Shown here piece by piece: positions 1 through 9,308 of a stretch of DNA of 64,000 nucleotides. The stretch is taken from the NCBI GenBank assembly GCA_039033475.1, contig JBCCCO010000004.1, positions 7,097 through 71,096 on the forward strand, read 5' to 3'. Origin of the DNA: Pseudomonadota bacterium (GTDB taxonomy: Bacteria > Pseudomonadota > Alphaproteobacteria > Rhizobiales > CBDHHC01). A model generated the notes under the pieces. That model had not been told where the DNA came from. It worked only from the letters and a program-made list of their open reading frames with translations, and did not search any database. Made by a program: the position numbers and the translations under genes. How positions within the stretch are numbered: the stretch's first letter is position 1; the number at the start of each line of letters is the position of its first letter.

Positions 1-309
1 ATCAAAAACACCAGACCCAATTTGTTCATCCACCCGGCGGCCTATGCGCACAAGCATTCGGGACCGAATAAACTCAAGTAATCCCATGAAAGCATAAAGG
101 CCAATGACTAGAAAGGTGAGAGCAATAAGTGTAGGAACACTTCGGCTGGTGAGGACACGGTCATAAACCTGCAACATAAACAAGGGACCGGTTAGCATGA
201 GCAAATTAATGCAACAGCTGAAGAGTCCGATGTTTAAAAGGGCCGACCTGCAAGCACTATAAGCTTCTGAGATTTTTGTATGCAGCAGATTACGATTGCC
301 CTTTGCCAT
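1..309 (-). CDS. Type I secretion system ABC exporter (PrtD/HasD type), first 103 codons only; gene runs off the left edge
   Basis: My translation of the minus strand from ATG at 309..307: MAKGNRNLLHTKISEAYSACRSALLNIGLFSCCINLLMLTGPLFMLQVYDRVLTSRSVPTLIALTFLVIGLYAFMGLLEFIRSRMLVRIGRRVDEQIGSGVFD. The block PLFMLQVYDRVLTSRSxPTL is the characteristic N-terminal membrane-domain motif of T1SS permease/ATPases. It is missing from the ORF track because it has no in-window stop. Confidence 0.85.
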   Translation of the reverse strand, partial: MAKGNRNLLHTKISEAYSACRSALLNIGLFSCCINLLMLTGPLFMLQVYDRVLTSRSVPTLIALTFLVIGLYAFMGLLEFIRSRMLVRIGRRVDEQIGSGVFD

Positions 310-358
310 GAATGAAATACTTTTTGGAAACAACGCAAAGTCTGAAAAGACTTATGCA

Positions 359-964
359 TTAGCCATTCGAACCTTCAGTTGTGTTCTGGGGAACAATTGC
401 AATATCATCTATCGATGCACACTTCAAATCGCCGTTTTCACTGCGAACGCGCATCTTAACAGTCTTATCTTGAAATTCTGTTTGCCGCAACAGCCCAAGA
501 AGCTGTCTTGCGATATCACCATTGCCTACGACTTCGATAATCCAGATATTCTTACCACTTTTCCACTCATTTGGCTTTAGCCGAACGGGACGATCAATAT
601 TATCTGTAAACTCTTTATCTCTCTCGTCTGAAATTTCCGCCCAAAGAACTGCTGCAACAGGTGCTGTTTGTCCAGTCTCTTGATCACGAGCTTCGGCAAC
701 CCGGTATTGTCCGGTTAAGAGACCTGGTAGAACCATCCATTCTAAATCTGTTAAAGTGTTGTACTTATGGTTTGGAGAACGCATAAATAGGCCAACCATT
801 TCCCCAAATGCCGCAGACACTAACTTTTTATTAACCACACCTTCTTTACTTAATTCTTCGTTTGTTTCTGGCTTTTTATCCTCGGAAGTCTTAACGCCTT
901 GAGCTTCTTGCGTTGCAGGGTGGGCATACTCGGCTTCTTCTGTACTTTTTTTTCTAAACATCAT
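359..964 (-). CDS. RTX toxin-activating lysine acyltransferase (HlyC/RtxC family) with a ~45-aa N-terminal extension
   Basis: 201-aa ORF. The C-terminal ~150 aa resemble E. coli HlyC by eye (here FMRSPNHKY..., VLWAEISDE..., WKSGKNIWIIEVVGNGD; HlyC has SWANLS..., WTSGDRKWFIDWIAPFGD). GAGGAG lies just upstream of ATGATG at 964/961. Same strand as the T1SS ABC gene and 49 nt upstream of it. Confidence 0.75.
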   Translation of the reverse strand: MMFRKKSTEEAEYAHPATQEAQGVKTSEDKKPETNEELSKEGVVNKKLVSAAFGEMVGLFMRSPNHKYNTLTDLEWMVLPGLLTGQYRVAEARDQETGQTAPVAAVLWAEISDERDKEFTDNIDRPVRLKPNEWKSGKNIWIIEVVGNGDIARQLLGLLRQTEFQDKTVKMRVRSENGDLKCASIDDIAIVPQNTTEGSNG

Positions 965-1042
965 GACTCCTCGACATAAATACTAAAAAACCATTTATAT
1001 AAATAACATAGACAGGTAAAATAAGGATTTATATTACAAAAA

Positions 1043-1088
1043 GGGGCTGTACCAAATAACAATATTTTACGTTATCTGGTACAGCCCC
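1043..1088. other. Perfect 12-bp-stem hairpin (GGGGCTGTACCA / TGGTACAGCCCC, 22-nt loop) flanked by A5 and T-rich runs
   Basis: Read directly. Stem arms at 1043..1054 and 1077..1088, preceded by CAAAAA and followed by AAATTTTTTA. It lies in the divergent intergenic region between the acyltransferase gene and opgC, so it does not follow any annotated gene on either strand. Confidence 0.6.
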
Positions 1089-1307
1089 AAATTTTTTATG
1101 TCTATGACATGGGCGGCAAATAGGAATATCAGATTAAGTTTGAGTGATTATATATATTGCAATACTGTCTCTCATACAATTAAGTCCTGTTGACGTTCAC
1201 TTTATATTCAAAAAAAGTTATTTATAGCAGCTGTATATTATTTGTTATCGTAGTGCTGTCGTGCGATATCTCACACTTAACAAAGTGAAATGAAAAGAGC
1301 TTAAGTC

Positions 1308-2477
1308 GTGTCTAGAAGACAATTTGAAAAACCTGCCATGCGGGATCCGCGTCTTGATTTTTTTCGCGGCATAGGCATGTTTATTATCTTTATCGCCCAT
1401 GTTCCGAGTAATGCCTGGACATTGTACATCCCAGCTCGGTTTGGATTCTCTGATGCAACGGAAGTTTTCGTTTTTTGCTCCGGCATGGCATCCGCTATAG
1501 CATTTGGCAAAGTTTACAGCGAACGGGGATGGCTGCTTGGAACTTCACGCATTTTATTCCGGACCTGGCAGGTGTACTGGGTCCATCTTGCGTTATTCTT
1601 ATTCTTATTAACACTCATGTGCTTTTTCGATAGCCTTGGTGTATTTGAGAAGAGCTATGTCTCCCAACTTAACTTGCATAAGTTTCTTGAAAACCCTCAG
1701 CAAAATTTGATCGGGTTAATGACCCTCACATATGTTCCAAATTATTTTGATATTCTGCCTATGTATATCGGGATATTGCTAATGGTGCCGATTATTATGG
1801 CATTGCGCAAGTTTGGGGTGCTGCCACCACTTGTATTTATGTTTGTTCTTTGGCTGTCGGCGCAATTTTCTTATTTTCAGCTACCAGCAGAACCGTGGTC
1901 AGATCGCGCTTGGTTTTTTAATCCCTTCGGCTGGCAGTTGATCTTCTTTACAGGCTTTGCTTTTATGGCAGGCTGGATTAAACCACCGCCAGTCAATAAA
2001 TACTTGATAACCCTGTCAGCTATTATTTTAATAATAACAATTCCACTAGCCTTCCATAAAATTATTAAAGAAGTCGTTTTTATTCAAGAGCTGCGCCGAG
2101 ACTATGATGATCTAATTTTCAAAACAAATCTAGGAGTTCTGCGCTATATTCATTTTCTTGCTCTTTCATATATCTGCTGGGTTTTAGCAGGACCAGGCGG
2201 TCAATGGTTGCAAATTAAAAAAGGCATAGCAAGTTATGTAATCGCAATTATTCATAAGGTTGGACAGCAAGCACTTTCAACATTTATTGCGGGTATGGTT
2301 ATGGCCCAAGTCTTTGGTGTGTTTCTGGATGTCACCGGTCGCACAGCGCTAACCTATACCATTGCAAATTTTGGAGGATTTATATGCTTGATTATTACCG
2401 CGTATGTTGTGTCTTGGTTTAAAAGTCAACCTTGGAAAATTAAGCACAAACAAAGATTGAAAATGTTACCAGAGTAA
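1308..2477 (+). CDS. opgC: OpgC-family membrane acyltransferase (osmoregulated periplasmic glucan succinylation type)
   Basis: 389 aa. N-terminus RDPRLDFFRGIGMFIIFIAHVP followed by about ten hydrophobic segments, the typical OpgC layout. Confidence 0.7.
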   Translation: MSRRQFEKPAMRDPRLDFFRGIGMFIIFIAHVPSNAWTLYIPARFGFSDATEVFVFCSGMASAIAFGKVYSERGWLLGTSRILFRTWQVYWVHLALFLFLLTLMCFFDSLGVFEKSYVSQLNLHKFLENPQQNLIGLMTLTYVPNYFDILPMYIGILLMVPIIMALRKFGVLPPLVFMFVLWLSAQFSYFQLPAEPWSDRAWFFNPFGWQLIFFTGFAFMAGWIKPPPVNKYLITLSAIILIITIPLAFHKIIKEVVFIQELRRDYDDLIFKTNLGVLRYIHFLALSYICWVLAGPGGQWLQIKKGIASYVIAIIHKVGQQALSTFIAGMVMAQVFGVFLDVTGRTALTYTIANFGGFICLIITAYVVSWFKSQPWKIKHKQRLKMLPE

Positions 2478-2607
2478 ACAATTACGAAGGAACCTTGTTG
2501 GGGGCCTGTGACGTTTCCAGCTGACCCGCCTATATGCCGCTAGCCTATCTACATAGGGAGTAGTGACCCAGCCCAACCAGCGGATAACTTCTCAGAGTAA
2601 ATAAACC

Positions 2608-3567
2608 TTATCGTGTACCAAACATACGAGCACCAACAGGGCGAAACCGTGGGCCCGAAGAATTAAGCGAAGGCTCAATGTAATCTCTGCCATAAGGTGT
2701 AATATTATCGCCAACAACAATACGCTCAGAACCAAACCGATCATCCCAACGCTTTACCAATTGGTTTGCCTGTCCTTGCACTTGCCGATTGGCCTGACCA
2801 GAAATCTTTTGATATAAATTTAAAATCCATTGATTATTCTTCGAAACAACATTGCGTTTGGCAAGCTTTAGAAAGGCAAGCCCTTTGGCTTTATTTTGCT
2901 TGAAATCTTGTCCTAACCACAAAATTTCACCAAGAACAGCTTGGGATCCTGGATGATTTTTACGCGCGGCATTCAAAAGCCAGCGCACGGCACGTTGGGT
3001 GTTTTTTTGCACGCCATTACCCTTGAGATACATCATCGCCAGATAATACTGGCCGTAAGGATCTTGAAAGTATGAAGCTGCATGGTGATACATGCGCACA
3101 GCTTCTTCATCATTAGGTTCTTTAAATCCTGGAATTCCAATGCTGTAATAATTCCCTAATGTCACAAACGCCTCAGATGAAACTTTTGCGAATGGGCTAA
3201 AGGGATGAATTTCAGCAAGGCTATCAGCCAATAACTGATAATATTTAAAAGCCTTCAAATGGTCCTGTGACGCCCCTTTCAAACCATACAAGTAAATTCG
3301 GGCCAACCAGAGTTGCGCTTGATGCAATTCGCCCTTTGCTGCATATTCAAGAGCAGGCAACGCAATATCCATACGGTTCGCATGAAAGCCACTCATACCT
3401 TGTCGATAGGCCTCAGTGTGGGATGAAAATAAAATGTTTTCTGTTAGTGGAGTTTCTAATTTTGTTTCAGCATTCACTTTCATAAAACTGATATTACAAA
3501 GCAGCAATATGATAAGAGTGACGGATAAAGAATTCATAATATTAAAATTTCGCTTAGATATCTGCAT
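2608..3567 (-). CDS. Secreted Sel1-repeat (TPR-like) protein, ExoR-like
   Basis: 319 aa. N-terminal signal-like hydrophobic stretch, then several Sel1 repeats (e.g. [15 protein letters not shown]..., [44 protein letters not shown]). The start could be the internal Met at 3537. The ExoR assignment is by resemblance only. Confidence 0.65.
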   Translation of the reverse strand: MQISKRNFNIMNSLSVTLIILLLCNISFMKVNAETKLETPLTENILFSSHTEAYRQGMSGFHANRMDIALPALEYAAKGELHQAQLWLARIYLYGLKGASQDHLKAFKYYQLLADSLAEIHPFSPFAKVSSEAFVTLGNYYSIGIPGFKEPNDEEAVRMYHHAASYFQDPYGQYYLAMMYLKGNGVQKNTQRAVRWLLNAARKNHPGSQAVLGEILWLGQDFKQNKAKGLAFLKLAKRNVVSKNNQWILNLYQKISGQANRQVQGQANQLVKRWDDRFGSERIVVGDNITPYGRDYIEPSLNSSGPRFRPVGARMFGTR

Positions 3568-5269
3568 AACACACTACTTCTTTTTTGCCACCGGGGTGTG
3601 TTACGGCACCTAAATAAGCAGGTCCTACTTGACCTGCATATTTATGTAACACACCACTTTGATATAAATTATCAGGAATATTCCATTCTACTTTACGCTG
3701 TTTCAATTCCTCTTCGCTAACTTTTAAGTCAATAAAACCAGATTCTGCATCAATTGATATAATGTCACCGTCTCTAACAAGGGCGATGGGGCCACCAACC
3801 GCAGCCTCTGGCCCCACATGACCAATGCAAAACCCCCGCGTACCACCTGAAAAACGTCCATCTGTTATTAAGGCAACTTTTTCACCCATACCTTGACCAT
3901 AAATCGCAGCTGTTGTAGAAAGCATTTCACGCATGCCGGGTCCACCTTTGGGCCCTTCGTAGCGAATTACTATAATATCGCCTTCATCATATTGCCGGTT
4001 TTCCACGGCAGCGAAGGCATCTTCTTCACAATCAAAGCAGCGTGCTGGGCCTTCAAAACTTAACGACTTCAGGCCTGCAATCTTAACAATCGCACCATCT
4101 GGAGCCAGTGAGCCTTTTAATCCAACAACACCACCTTGTTTAGTTATAGGGTTAGAAACTGGATAAATTACGTCCTGATCGGTACTAAATGTGACATTTT
4201 CTAGGTTTTCTGCAAGAGTTCGACCCGTTACAGTCATACAATCGCCATTGAGGTACCCACCATCCATTAAGGTTTTTAGCAACACAGGCACTCCACCAAC
4301 GTCATGCATGTCTTTGGCTACATATTTTCCACCAGGCTTTAGATCAGCGATGTATGGTGTCTTCTTAAAGATTTCAGCAACATCAAAAAGGTTAAAATCA
4401 ATGCCGATTTCATGGGCGATTGCTGGTAAATGAAGGGCCGCATTGGTTGAGCCGCCGCTTGCGGCAACAACAGTTGCTGCATTTTCAAGTGAGGCTCGGG
4501 TCACGATATCACGCGGGCGGAGATTATCTGCAATCAAGCGCATCACGGCTTTTCCACTGGCATGTGCATATTCATCGCGGCTTTCATAAGGTGCAGGGGT
4601 GCCAGCAGAACCCGGTAGAGCAATGCCCATTGCCTCGGAAACACACGCCATTGTGTTCGCAGTAAACTGCCCACCACAAGAGCCCGCACTAGGACAGGCA
4701 ACGCATTCAAGTTCAAGCAGTTCATCACGGCTCATGTTGCCAGCAGAATACTGCCCTACGCCTTCGAAGACATCAACCACGGTGACGTCTTTTCCTTTAT
4801 ACCTGCCGGGTAAAATAGAGCCACCATACATAAAAACACTTGGCACATTAAGCCGTACCATAGCCATCATAATACCAGGTAAGGATTTGTCACAGCCAGC
4901 AAGTCCGACCAAAGCATCGTAACAGTGGCCACGCATGGTGAGCTCAATAGAATCCGCAATAACTTCGCGTGAGACCAAAGAGGATTTCATGCCTTGATGC
5001 CCCATGGCAATGCCATCAGTGACTGTTATCGTGCAAAATTCGCGGGGTGTACCGTGTGCTTCTTGCACTCCTTTTTTAGCCGCTTGAGCTTGGCGCATAA
5101 GCGCTATATTACAAGGTGCAGCTTCATTCCAGCACGATACAACGCCTACAAAAGGTTGATGAATTTGCTCTTCCGTAAGACCCATGGCATAATAGTACGA
5201 TCGATGCGGCGCTCTTTCGGGACCTTCGGTAACATGCCGGCTCGGAAGTCTTGATTTATCGAATGACAT
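3554..5269 (-). CDS. ilvD: Dihydroxy-acid dehydratase
   Basis: Full-length match to IlvD motifs: [79 protein letters not shown] prefer the MSFDKS start at 5269 to the upstream ORF start at 5311. Confidence 0.95.
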   Translation of the reverse strand: MSFDKSRLPSRHVTEGPERAPHRSYYYAMGLTEEQIHQPFVGVVSCWNEAAPCNIALMRQAQAAKKGVQEAHGTPREFCTITVTDGIAMGHQGMKSSLVSREVIADSIELTMRGHCYDALVGLAGCDKSLPGIMMAMVRLNVPSVFMYGGSILPGRYKGKDVTVVDVFEGVGQYSAGNMSRDELLELECVACPSAGSCGGQFTANTMACVSEAMGIALPGSAGTPAPYESRDEYAHASGKAVMRLIADNLRPRDIVTRASLENAATVVAASGGSTNAALHLPAIAHEIGIDFNLFDVAEIFKKTPYIADLKPGGKYVAKDMHDVGGVPVLLKTLMDGGYLNGDCMTVTGRTLAENLENVTFSTDQDVIYPVSNPITKQGGVVGLKGSLAPDGAIVKIAGLKSLSFEGPARCFDCEEDAFAAVENRQYDEGDIIVIRYEGPKGGPGMREMLSTTAAIYGQGMGEKVALITDGRFSGGTRGFCIGHVGPEAAVGGPIALVRDGDIISIDAESGFIDLKVSEEELKQRKVEWNIPDNLYQSGVLHKYAGQVGPAYLGAVTHPGGKKEVVCYADI

Positions 5270-5864
5270 TCTCGTCACAAAAATAGCCTTGTCTAAAGAA
5301 GCGATAACCAATCAGGTGCGTCGTATGAGATCAGTATTATTTGGTATCTCTTCTACTTAGATAAATTAAGTTAGTCCCACTACGAAACTCACCCTATCAA
5401 GCGATAATTTATGAACTTTGTGGCTGAAACGAGGCAAGGTTAACGCGCTTTGTGTCTTTCAAGCAACGAATCTAAGCTATATATGATATAAAGTGAATAA
5501 AGCAATTCGGCTATGCCCATTTCGACACACATCATGAAAAAATAAAGTAAATGAAATTTAAATACTTAATTTTACTTAAACATTTCAATTAAACGCAAAT
5601 GTAAATATGAATAGATAACTGGTTGCTTTAAAAAGAATGAGAAGATCAATATAGTTTTTTAGAACACTGTGGTGTAATATTTGTTGCTGCAATGTCACAT
5701 CCATAAGAATGAATTCAAATTCGCTTTTTGTATTTTGAATCCATGGCTGAATGAAATCTTTTTTCCAAGATATAGCAAAGAAAACATCATTTTTGAGCCT
5801 TAGTGTCGTCCAATTCATAAACTACTTCAAAGCTATAAATTAAATAATAAGCAAATGAAGTAAA

Positions 5865-7238
5865 ATGATAGTTTTAAGCGTTACAAAAATTCAAGCTTTA
5901 TTGGTTGTTCTATTTGCATTAATAAGTTGCGTGTTTGTCTTATCTTACCCTGCTTTATCAAATGATGGTTATTATAGAACATATGACAGTAAAAAGTCTT
6001 CCGATGAAATTAAAAAAGACAATTGGCAGAGTTCGGTTTCTGGGAATACAACATCTGGCAACACGGCAATAGATCAAGCGATACATGGTGAAAAGCTCAG
6101 GGATCTAAAAACACCACAAACGGTTTATGAGAGTCATACATCTGATCACGGCAAAACATCCCATCAAGGGCCGGCAAGCACGCATGCCGACCACAGTCCT
6201 CATCAAAATCATGTAAGTGAGCATAGCAGTGAGCATGGAACCCACGGAGCTCGAGCGCCAATAGGGGTTATGGGAGATCATTTGTTGCATAAAAAAGGGC
6301 AATGGATGTTGTCCTATCGACACATGTATATGAACATGGAAGGCAATCGCATTGGTGATGATGATATATCACCCGAGAGAATTGTAACTACAGTACCCAA
6401 CCGTTTTTCTGGCCAACCAATGCAGCCTCCAACCTTACGTGTTGTGCCTACCGAGATGGATATGCACATGAACATGTTTGGTGGTATGTATGCCGCAGCA
6501 GATAATGTCACGCTGATGGCTATGGTGAATTATCATTCTAAGGAAATGGACCACATTACTTTTGCGGGTGGTATGGGAACAACGCAACTTGGACGCTTTA
6601 CAACACAAACAGAAGGCTTTGGGGATGTAAAACTGTCTGCCCTTGTTGCTTTGTATGAAGATGATATTCATAAAGTTCATTTGAATTTAGGTTTAAGTAT
6701 TCCAACAGGCAGTATTACTGAAAAAGATAAGATTCTAACGCCTATGGGAATGACGCCTGAAGTGCGTTTACCCTATGCTATGCAACTTGGCACTGGAACA
6801 TTCGATGCCCTTCCTGGCATCACCTACACAGGTCAAAAAGGAGATTTCTCGTGGGGCGCGCAATATAAAGGATCTATCCCACTAGAAGATGAGAATGATG
6901 AAGGTTATCGTTATAGCGATAAGCACGAAGGTACTGCCTGGGTGGCATATCAATGGGCCCCTTGGATTAGTACATCATTACGCGTTGCAGGATCGACGCA
7001 AGATTCCATTGATGGCATAGACAGTGAGATTGTTGCACCGGTCCAGACGGCTGATCCTGATAATTATGGTGGTGAGCGCATTGATTTGCTGTTTGGTGTT
7101 AGTATGGCTGGACAGCAAGGTGCTCTAAGCGGCCACCGTTTTGCGTTTGAGATTGGAACCCCGATATATCAAGACCTAAATGGGCCTCAAATGGAAACAG
7201 ATTTGATCTTGACTGTTGGTTGGCAAAAAGCTTTTTAA
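5865..7238 (+). CDS. Outer-membrane beta-barrel protein with a His-rich N-terminal region (transporter / MetA-pathway-like OMP family, tentative)
   Basis: 457 aa. Signal-like N-terminus, then HTSDHGKTSHQGPASTHADHSPHQNHVSEHSSEHGTHGA. The rest shows alternating beta-strand-like patterns and ends in ...TVGWQKAF (C-terminal Phe, as in OMP beta-signals). The family name is from memory of similar proteins. Confidence 0.5.
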   Translation: MIVLSVTKIQALLVVLFALISCVFVLSYPALSNDGYYRTYDSKKSSDEIKKDNWQSSVSGNTTSGNTAIDQAIHGEKLRDLKTPQTVYESHTSDHGKTSHQGPASTHADHSPHQNHVSEHSSEHGTHGARAPIGVMGDHLLHKKGQWMLSYRHMYMNMEGNRIGDDDISPERIVTTVPNRFSGQPMQPPTLRVVPTEMDMHMNMFGGMYAAADNVTLMAMVNYHSKEMDHITFAGGMGTTQLGRFTTQTEGFGDVKLSALVALYEDDIHKVHLNLGLSIPTGSITEKDKILTPMGMTPEVRLPYAMQLGTGTFDALPGITYTGQKGDFSWGAQYKGSIPLEDENDEGYRYSDKHEGTAWVAYQWAPWISTSLRVAGSTQDSIDGIDSEIVAPVQTADPDNYGGERIDLLFGVSMAGQQGALSGHRFAFEIGTPIYQDLNGPQMETDLILTVGWQKAF

Positions 7239-7286
7239 GGTCTTCGAAGCATGTCATGTCTAATAATGTCATGATGAGAAAGGCTA

Positions 7287-7913
7287 TTAGGCATGACCAA
7301 CATCGTTAACTAGAAACGTAGGGTCGATGCCCATTTGAGCAAGAGCTTGGTTATATTTTTCCTCGGTTTTGTGGCCAAAAACGATATTAGGGTCAGCAGG
7401 ACAGTTGAGCCAACCATTGGCTTTTAGTTCAATTTCCAGTTGACCTGGACGCCAACCTGCGTAGCCCAGTGCAAGCAAAGCGCGATCCGGACCATTCCCT
7501 GTTGCAATGGCGCGCAAAATATCAATAGTTGCTGTTAGGGATACAGCATCGTCTATGGATAAAGTTGCCTCCTTGGCGTGATAATCACAGCTGTGGAGTA
7601 CAAAACCACGCCCAGTTTCAACAGGGCCGCCTTTGTGGACAGCCATATCTTGTACGACTGAGGGTAGATAAATTTGGTTGTTATCCTTGGGTTGTGGCAA
7701 AATACTAAGCTGTTCCAAAAGTTCTGAAAAGCTAATGTTTGAGGCTTGTTTGTTTATGATGAGCCCCATAGCGCCATCGGCTGAGTGAGCGCACATATAG
7801 ATAACCGCCTTGTTAAAACGCTTATCCGCCATGCCGGGCATAGCTATCAAAAGTTGCCCTTCTAAGTAATTTCCCTCCTCAGAGGGCTCTAAATCTAAAT
7901 TTCGCTCAAACAT
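7287..7913 (-). CDS. yqgE: YqgE/AlgH family protein (UPF0301)
   Basis: 208 aa with [37 protein letters not shown] and [13 protein letters not shown], typical of the family. Confidence 0.85.
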   Translation of the reverse strand: MFERNLDLEPSEEGNYLEGQLLIAMPGMADKRFNKAVIYMCAHSADGAMGLIINKQASNISFSELLEQLSILPQPKDNNQIYLPSVVQDMAVHKGGPVETGRGFVLHSCDYHAKEATLSIDDAVSLTATIDILRAIATGNGPDRALLALGYAGWRPGQLEIELKANGWLNCPADPNIVFGHKTEEKYNQALAQMGIDPTFLVNDVGHA

Positions 7914-8164
7914 GCATAGATACTAACTGATTGTAACGTTACCCGTGAAGAGGGATATAATGTTATTCCATTAAAAAAACAGGTTCCATAAGCAACCTTC
8001 TGCTATTTTAGCATAGGAATATTCAAAAAATTGTGATGACCGATGTAATCATTTGAAAATTAAAAATTTAAACATACACTATATAAAGGAAGAGCACCAA
8101 TTCTCTATAGTACTAAAAGTTTAATTGGACTTTCTTTAAAAATATATTTTTTCAAAGGGTTAAA

Positions 8165-9070
8165 ATGTATTTAACGTTTTATAAGAGACAATTTACGCTA
8201 TTCGCGTTTGTTTTGTTAAGCCTGTTTATTATAACCAGTGCATTACATTCAGTGTATGCCTTTTCTTCCTGGGTTCACAATAACTACAGCAAAGTGCGCT
8301 TATTAACTATGTACGAGAAAATTCCAGAAACCCAAAAAGGAGTTTACAGTGCAGGTATATATTTGAAAATGAAGGAAGGATGGAAGACGTATTGGCGTAT
8401 TCCGGGCGACAGTGGTGTTCCTCCTCATTTTAATTGGTCTGGATCTTCAAATATAAAAAATGTAGAAGTACTTTGGCCAGCGCCTCAAAAATTTGTGGAT
8501 CCTTATGGCATATCCATCGGCTATGATTCAGAAATTTTATTTCCAGCGAAAATTGAACCCATTGACAGCAGCAAGCCCATTTTGCTTAACGTGACATTTG
8601 ATTATGGGGTATGCAAAGATATTTGCGTTCCTGAGCAGGCCAAGCTGAATATAAAATTTGATAAACACAGTATAACAACACGAAAAGACAAACAGCTTAT
8701 CAAGCAATATATGGCATCTGTTCCAAAACAAGTGCAATTTTCAGATGAGAAAAATGCAAATCAAAAGCTCTTACCTGCTATAAATAATATATCTGCAAAA
8801 TTGGAAGGCAAAACACCCCATATTTTGATTGAAGCTCTTTTTCGTAAAGGTGCAAAAACAGCTGATATTTTTGTTGAAACATCAGATAACTTTTATCTCG
8901 CTTGGCCAAAACAGGTTGGTAAAAGCCCTGCGGAAAGCAAGCGCGAACTAATTACCTATCGTATTGATTTGAAAAAAAACAGTAATTTAAATAAACTTAA
9001 AGGTCAAAATTTGATAATGACGCTCGTTTCAGAAAAAACGCAATCAGAAGTATACTGGAAAGTGCCATGA
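8165..9070 (+). CDS. DsbD N-terminal-like (thiol:disulfide interchange) domain protein, periplasmic
   Basis: 301 aa. Signal/TM N-terminus, then GWKTYWRIPGDSGVPPHFNW...VLWPAPQKF...VTFDYGVCKDICVPEQAKLNI, which matches the DsbD_N/ScsB-like fold motifs. Confidence 0.65.
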   Translation: MYLTFYKRQFTLFAFVLLSLFIITSALHSVYAFSSWVHNNYSKVRLLTMYEKIPETQKGVYSAGIYLKMKEGWKTYWRIPGDSGVPPHFNWSGSSNIKNVEVLWPAPQKFVDPYGISIGYDSEILFPAKIEPIDSSKPILLNVTFDYGVCKDICVPEQAKLNIKFDKHSITTRKDKQLIKQYMASVPKQVQFSDEKNANQKLLPAINNISAKLEGKTPHILIEALFRKGAKTADIFVETSDNFYLAWPKQVGKSPAESKRELITYRIDLKKNSNLNKLKGQNLIMTLVSEKTQSEVYWKVP

Positions 9071-9308
9071 TAGCAATAGCATAGCCCGCTTGAGAAGAAC
9101 AATAAATTCCCCTTTTGTTAAAAATATCTCACTATGGCAAAAGTTTGTTGGACTTGCGTCTTTTTGCTGGACAAACCCTACCCAAATCAATTCAAATACA
9201 GTTATCCAAATAAAGTAATGCTTATTCTATTCGTTTCAAAGCTCGCACTTTGAAATCGTGTTTTTGTATTCGTGCATAAAGATACTCAAATCTTATCTGG
9301 CAAAATAG

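Noticed and set aside
296-580. 94-aa plus-strand ORF
   Set aside because: It is antisense to the well-supported HlyC-like gene and to the T1SS ABC start. It is a shadow ORF.
2478-2607. Relatively GC-rich 130-nt spacer between convergent opgC and the Sel1 gene, examined for a tRNA, sRNA or terminator
   Set aside because: I could find no cloverleaf features, no T-loop consensus and no convincing stem-loop with a U-tract by eye.
5585-5818. 77-aa minus-strand ORF in the ilvD/OMP intergenic region
   Set aside because: Very AT-rich, with no RBS-like sequence and an implausible composition. It is more likely promoter or spacer DNA.
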